A stretch of 64,000 bases of DNA from Eutreptiella sp. 'Long Island Sound 2002' (lineage: Eukaryota; Protista; Euglenida). Location of the stretch: the NCBI GenBank assembly GCA_964036045.1, contig OZ038378.1, positions 168,392,001 through 168,456,000 of the forward strand. Direction: 5' to 3'. A program made the position numbers and the translations under genes. This document shows, in pieces, positions 57,788-64,000 of the stretch. Every line of letters begins with the position of its first letter. Positions within the stretch are counted from its first letter, which is position 1. Under the pieces are notes generated by a model that worked only from the letters and a program-made list of their open reading frames with translations, did not search any database and was not told the origin of the DNA.

Positions 57788-60119
57788 GTATGCCCTCCAA
57801 CCCCCCCCCCCCCCCACCCATCTGGATGCGATAAGTTATTAGGGAGGATTTTTGAGCCCATTCCGCCCCAGAGGGGCAAAAAAAAAAGAAATCTTGGCAA
57901 GTAACCAAACTGAGTTGGGGTCAGCAGCCACGCCCCGGAGGCAGGTTTTAATAGAGGGCAGAGCTTTGGACATGCCTTGCCCTGGCTGAGGTGGGTGGTC
58001 GGGATGAGCCGTGCACCTGAGGGATGTCAGCCTGGGTCAACGGAATAATATATGAGTCAGGGCTTGAGACTTCAGAGGTCCGGGCCAAGCGGCGGCACTG
58101 ATATCCCCCAGAAATGCCCCCCGCCTTGACTGGAACCTCCTTGCAGTTCGGGCTAAGTGTGTTGCCTGGCTGTCGTCCCGTGCTGGCCCTCTGGCGGGCC
58201 GACACCTTCTGTTGCCGACTCTTGGGCTGGCTCCCTTGCTCCAGCTGCACTGCCAGGGGCAGGGGGGCGTCTACGGCGGGTCGCACTGCTGACAGCTCAC
58301 ACCTGCCCTGTCCCACCCTGCAGTGTGCCTTGCTGTTCTGCGCCTGCGTGTGTGGAATGGGGGTGGGGAGGATGGCACGAGGCCATGGTGTTGGTTTGCT
58401 TGCCTTTGGGGGCGCCTATTGGCCTCTCACCCTTGCGCATTCTGACCCTCTGTGGGTCTGAACGCGTTTTGGTTGTGTCAACAGAGCCCCCGGATGACTT
58501 GTCCCGGGGTCGGCTGTCCCAGAGATGGGTTGCTGCCTGTGCCGTTGACCCCCTGGGATGGGTCCCTTTGGGGCTGCTTGTTTTGCAGCGCTTTCGCCCA
58601 GGGGATCAGGATGCAGGGCAACCAGCTCCTTCAACTCCGCAGTGACTCCCTTGTTTTTACACAACAGCGGCCCGGAGCTGATGAACCGCCTCCCCTCGCT
58701 CCGATAGCACCCCGTGCCCCCCGTCGTGCCCCCGCTTCCCTGATGGTCTGGTAGCCCCCTGGCCTTCGGTGTGTCCCACACTGGGAGAGGGCCGCAAGAA
58801 CGTTATGGCCGGGGGTCCTCTTTCGAACCACTACTCCGGGGGAGGGAGGGGGGGGGGGGTAGTATGTTCTGAACTCTCTGACTCAGTCCTCATGGACTTT
58901 CAGTGGAGGCCATTGCATCGGGCTTGGCACGGAACCGACGAAGCCCATGCACGGGACGGAGACGGTATTGCAGGAAATACCCAAAGGATCAATCGTGTTG
59001 ACAGAGCACGATATCCTGGAGTCGTATCAAGCCAATGGAGAAGGGGGGCTGGGACAGCTATAAATTCATGCCCATCTCCCGTGTCTCAGCCCTTTCAGCA
59101 GGCGGGATGTTCTCTTGTACGTCAAGGGCGCAGGAAACAGCCCCCTCACAGTTTTCATGTGAGGAAACATTTGCCATCATCTTGTGGCGGCAGTCGGGCT
59201 TATGTAGGCCATTTCGCGGTCATCACTGTGTGTACCTTGCGACTGCGGGGGGGTAGAAGAGGGCCACGGCGTGTGCACACGTTGTGCGCTTCCGGGAAGT
59301 GGCCACTGGTCACAGGCTTATGCGCAGGTCGCAACGCGGATGGAGTGGGCGCCACACCTCAGCTCTTCTCTGAGCGCCTTTGTGCGCGCGCACCCTTTGC
59401 CTTTGCTGGGCTCATGCGTAAGGCTTTTGGGCGCGCATCCAGCGTTCCCTTGAGGAAAGCGGTCAGGCAGCTCCGCCTGCAGGTGCCGCGTGTACCAGAA
59501 GCTGCACGTGTGCGCGTGGACTGCTGTGGTCGGTTCAAAGCCCAAAACTGAGGCCAAGCCAAAGTTCGAAGCCGCAGGAAAATCAAAGCCACGCCACAAC
59601 CAAAAGCAAACGATGCCGGTCAAGAAGTCAGCAACGCAGCAACGTACGGACGGAAAGTGCAGCGGATGTGCCCTGGTTCCGAGCTGGAATATGTAGTCGT
59701 GGCAGAAAGTTCCAGTGCCATGCGACATGTAAACTGTGCTGTTGACAAAGGGCTATGTGATTGTGAGTCCGCGCTCATGCAGCGGCCACGTGCAGCTAAA
59801 GGCGGAAACTGCCCTTCATCCTTGCGAAAGGGCTTCCTTCTTGGAATGATGTGGTGAGCATTGTACTGACCCTGTTGTTTAGGTGCTGTTTCTGAACAGT
59901 GAGCCTGAGCAGGGCATTTTGGATGTTTCACACGCATTGGTCTTCGCTTGCATGTTGCGTGGAAACAGCAAATCCGTCCCGCCGCTCAGTTGTGTGGGTG
60001 TTTTTGCGGGCCTCCCAAAACACAGATGTTCCGGTGCTTGCTCTGCACCCGCCCATTGCCCCCTCGCTCCTTTGCCCGATCCTCCTCCTCCGCCCGCTTC
60101 GCGGTGTTTCTGTACGCAG

Positions 60120-60195
60120 GCCTGTCTCGGACCGGTACTCCCGGAGTTGTGGTCATTGAGGGAGCCCAAAAGGCCATCATGGAGTACATTAGCAG
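60120..60195 (+). CDS. RWDD2: RWDD2-like (DUF1115) exon: GLSRTGTPGVVVIEGAQKAIMEYISR
   Basis: Strong pyrimidine tract plus AG at 60118-19, phase 1 in and phase 2 out (GTgtgt at 60196). Matches the G.S..G.PG....EG motif. Confidence 0.8.
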
Positions 60196-61344
60196 GTGTG
60201 TGAAGACGGCACTGGGGAGTGGCTTGTACCAGGTGCGAGCAGCCAAACCCAGGCCCCTGTTGGGCCCCCAGGTGCCCTAACGTCGGCTGCAACGCAATGC
60301 TATAAGCAGCGCGTTGTGCAGACCGGATCATGTTCAGCCTCAATGCCCCCCGCCAAAACACCCAAATCTTGTGCATGGCAGGACACTCAGCATCCCCTGC
60401 CAGGGCTATCGGATCTATCCCCCCGCCGACCCCCCGCCGGAGCCTTCGGTATTTGGAGCCTTCGGAGTTTGACACACGCTCCGAGTACCCGTGCGCTCTG
60501 GCACTGTGCAGGACATTGTTCGCCGCCTTAACAAGGGTACCACACGAAAGTGGCGTCAGTTCAACATGGCAAATCTTCCCCTCAAGTAAAGGGTATTGGG
60601 AGTTTAACTGATGGGGTCTCGCAGAGATAGGAAGGCAGTTATTTAAGGTGCAGTGGCTTATCTGCACCGCAACCTGAATGCAAGGCTGTACTGTGTCGCG
60701 TTGCTCCTCTCCTGATTTGGAGGCTGGAACGATTGTACAAAAGGTGCAAAGTGTAACACGTGCTGTACGTGTGCTGGAATCGTTCCTTGTGGCTCCGCGC
60801 GGTGCTTGTTTGATGAGTTGGTTGCCTCTGTTCTCTCTGTTCTCGAGAAGGTCATGGAATCCGTCGGTTTGTTGGTCCAAGCGTTTGAGCATTGCATGCC
60901 CACCCAAGATAGGCAGGGGGGATTGCAGTGGGGGCAAGAAGTATCCAGCGTGGCTCCAAGGGCGTCGTTTCCTGACAACGAATGATGCAACGGGAAAACG
61001 GTTTGTTGTGGCGGTAGTCTTTGTGCTTCTTGTGAGGGCGTGATCGTTTGGTTAAGGGAGAAAAGCCGAGATCTTTCTTGTTACATGCAAAGAAAGCACG
61101 ACCCTTTCATCCAAAAGCAGCCCTTTCTCGGCATCGAAAGGAACACCCCTGTCTCCTGCGAGGCCGCCCGACGTCCGGGTTCCAGGCGTCGTGTCAAGCG
61201 TGATTGTTCAGACATGTCAAGGGGTTCGATTCCGAGTCTCGTGGATGATGATCTGGGGCCGTGTGACGGGCTGATGTGATGTGACCATGACCTAACCAAT
61301 ACTGCCCAGGGCAACGTCGGAAGGGCTCATGCTGGACCCGGGCC

Positions 61345-61605
61345 ATGACTGCTTATGATATACAATAGCAATCGAGGGCCTTGAGGACACGCATATAATA
61401 TAGAGCCGCCATCCAGGGCCGTGAGGACACGCTTATGGTGTTGAACTACCATCATAGACCTTGAGGACACGCTTATGAAATAGAACAGCCATCAAGGGCC
61501 TTGAGCACATGTATGTGATATAGAATAGCCATCAGCCGCCTTGAGGACACGCTTATGATATACAACAACCATCAAGGGCCTTGAGAACACGCATATGATA
61601 TATCA
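61345..61605. repeat. ~40-bp minisatellite, 6-7 units (GGGCCTTGAGGACACGCTTATGATATAGAACAGCCATCAA)
   Basis: Visible tandem units, located in an intron of the RWDD2-like gene. Confidence 0.9.
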
Positions 61606-61769
61606 TGTTGAAGTGCCATGACTGTCAGTCGCCACGGTCTTCCACAGCAGGAGATACGTGGAGTGCCGTTCAGGTCCGGCTGTGTAGCGGAGAGTCAGAG
61701 CGTGTCCTCCTCCTCCTCCTCCTCCTCCTCCTTCCCCCGGCACGCGCTTTCCCCCATTACACATTCCAG

Positions 61770-62009
61770 GCTGCGGACGCTCAAGTGGCAGACGATGGAG
61801 ATCCGGGGGCAGGAGCGCGTGGTGGCCAAACGGCACAGTTCTGAGTCCAAAGGCTCCGCATCCGTCCCGACCGGCAAGGCCGGGGGGGTGGCTGTGGGCC
61901 GTGGCGGGGGTTGGGGTGGCGGAAACAACCCTGGACTGCTCCTTGGCAAAGAAATTGTGGTGCACGGGCCGAATTCCAAGAGCAGTGCCTCCATTTTTGG
62001 GAATGTTGG
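61770..62009 (+). CDS. RWDD2: RWDD2-like (DUF1115) exon: LRTLKWQTMEIRGQERVV... (3' boundary uncertain)
   Basis: Acceptor acattccAG at 61768-69 in phase 2 continues EYISR|LRTLKWQ, the conserved R.L.W(Q/K) motif. Candidate donor GTatgt at 62010. Confidence 0.7.
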
Positions 62010-62475
62010 GTATGTGACTGCCCATGCCCGGTCGTCAGTCTGTGGCAGACCACCGTTGAATTCCCACCCTGCACCCCAGGGGCTGTCCAGCCACCAACCC
62101 CTTGGTTTAACCCCTTGCCTTGGATTGCAGGCATTGGTGGACGTGGTCAAGATGCCCTCAAATTTGAGGCTAATGTGCTCATAAAACCGGAGGGAGGGAG
62201 GGAGGGAGGGAGTTGGGGTTGGGGTTGGAGCAAAGCGCTTTCTACGGTGTGCAACTGTCTGTCTGGGGACCGTTTACATGGCTGCCGTTTGGGCTTTGTA
62301 CCTTACTGAGGGCTCTGGTTGCTCCTGCTTGAGTCCCAGACAGGAGATCCCGCTGCTTTCTGCAATGCAGTTGCATATTTGCAGTTTCACCCTTTTCATA
62401 CACACTCACATCAGCGCACCCTATGTGAGTGCAACACACTCAGCGTCTTCTTTGGCTCCCTCCTGTTCTGCAATT

Positions 62476-62640
62476 TATGCAGCACTGGGGTCCTTGGGCC
62501 CCCTCCCATGCTGCGTTGAAGTCCTTGAGTTCCTTGGTATGCAGCACTTGGGTCCTCTGGCTCCCTCCCATGTTGCATTGGGGTCCTTGGGCCCCTTCCC
62601 ATTTCGCATTTTATGCAGCACTGGGGTCCTTGGGTCCCCT
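62476..62640. repeat. Degenerate minisatellite (GCAGCACTGGGGTCCTTGGGCCCC core, ~4 copies)
   Basis: Visible tandem repeats. Confidence 0.75.
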
Positions 62641-64000
62641 TGAACTTAGGAGGCTCAACTAGGGTGCATGATTATAGCCTACAAAATAGCTTTCAGGGTG
62701 TGCACAGAACTGTACTGGGGGCAGTGGTGTTCGCTGCAAGTCAGTGCACGAAGTGCGGCGTGTCATGGAGCACTTGAAATTTGGAAACGTAGTTGCATGC
62801 TGTGCTCATGTCTGCTTGGTGCTGGTATGTTTCAATTGCTGATAGCAATGTCCAGAAGCACCTCCTACAGATCAGATTCATGATCTCACGACACAACAAT
62901 ACAACTAGATTGCGCATACCTTGTCTTTTATGGATTGTGTCTTGCGCGTGTGTTGTTTGCGGACTGAGGCACATTGTTAGGATTGCGACAACGAACGACC
63001 ATGGGCACGACTGTAATTATTCATGGTCACATATTGTGACTTTTAACAGTGCATGACCATGTGTTGTATAGTCATCACAACACTGCAGGTTCCTGACAGG
63101 GACGTGCATGTGAACGCTGATGATGTGTAGCGTGGCGCATCCTGCAACGGACCTTCGCTGACTACAGTGGCCTGGCATTGTCCATTGTCAGTGTGACTTT
63201 GTATTGTATAGTGGCAATCAATGCCCAGTTCCTGTGTCAGCTGGCAGTACGTCCCCATATGTTGCATCATCAGTTAATGATTTTTGTCTGTATCAAGTTC
63301 CTAGAAGGAGGGCATGATGCATGCAGTGCATGACACTCTGCGTGCTAGCTTACCACATGCACATTTTTGTGGCCCATCTATATGACCTCAATGTTGAGGC
63401 CATTTACGTTGGTTCGAAAAAGCTACCGCACATTGATGCTCTGGGGGAAAGGAACATACAAAGCCACCCTGTGGTGGGGAGCCAAGCAAAAAGTGGGAAG
63501 CAAGGGAGGCCGGCGGGAGGGTACAATGCCCCGTCATGGTGCAGGGTGTATGTGCATTCTCTACACCCTCCTGACAGCATTCGATTGGCAAAATCTCTTC
63601 TTTCACCGTGCAGTTTGCAATGCTTGGGATGTTTGCATGTTGTATTACATGTCCTGTTTAGTGTATCAGGTGGACGTGCAATATGTTGAATGCAAAAATA
63701 AAGTAGCAATAGGAGAGGATAGGATTCAAACCTCTTGCCTGGGCACGTTGCTTCCTAGCCATTGTGTTCGTTTCAGCACTGTTAGGATCCTGACAGCGCA
63801 AGACGTTTTGAGCAAAATACAAGGAAGTAGTTTTCCCGATGTTTACGAATGTCCTCGTTGTGCACGCCAACCGTGCACATGCATCGCATTTTTATATAGT
63901 GACACCTCATCCTGCCAGAGGTGCTATTTTGCTGGTCACCAGTGGTGCACAGTGCACGGTGCATGGTGCTTCATTTGCGGGGGGGGGTGGGGGATTCTTC

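Noticed and set aside
57380-59700. Mutator/MULE transposase (CIDG, RTTT..EG and CxC motifs)
   Set aside because: The motifs are weak and scattered across frames. The best segment (57659-57787) is explained much better as a DUF1115 exon that splices directly to 60120.
59879-60937. 352-aa minus-strand ORF, and RT-like or Helitron-like readings of the plus strand
   Set aside because: It overlaps the + strand DUF1115 exon in antisense and has no coherent domain. The RT/Rep resemblances lack the catalytic motifs.

Overview
Eukaryotic, repeat-rich genomic DNA, not prokaryotic. It is probably a protist; multi-pass STE11-like kinases of the kind found here are known from Euglenozoa, but the taxon is an inference. 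I can reconstruct four + strand genes, each split by GT-AG introns. (1) An unknown helical protein (exons 2629-2793, 6857-7009, 8191-8331). (2) A multi-pass membrane STE11/NPK1-like Ser/Thr kinase (19003-24987, 3 exons). (3) A WW-domain gene fragment (~26961-28056). (4) An RWDD2/DUF1115-like gene (exons 57659-57787, 60120-60195, 61770-~62009). Most of the rest is mobile or repetitive DNA. This includes a TIR element with a 5-bp TSD and internal palindromes (568-1908) and a decayed hAT/CGGBP-type transposon with a 6-bp TSD (3672-5387). Several MITE families have poly-C/poly-G termini and mostly TA TSDs. There is a 7.6-kb tandem array of ~886-bp units built from two such MITEs (30784-38373) and a near-identical second copy of the kinase 3' end behind a new splice acceptor (39062-39503). 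Decayed LINE fragments, C-rich (CCCGCCCCG) arrays, a tRNA-derived relic and many mini/microsatellites make up the remainder. All alignments and motif calls were made by eye; no database search was run.
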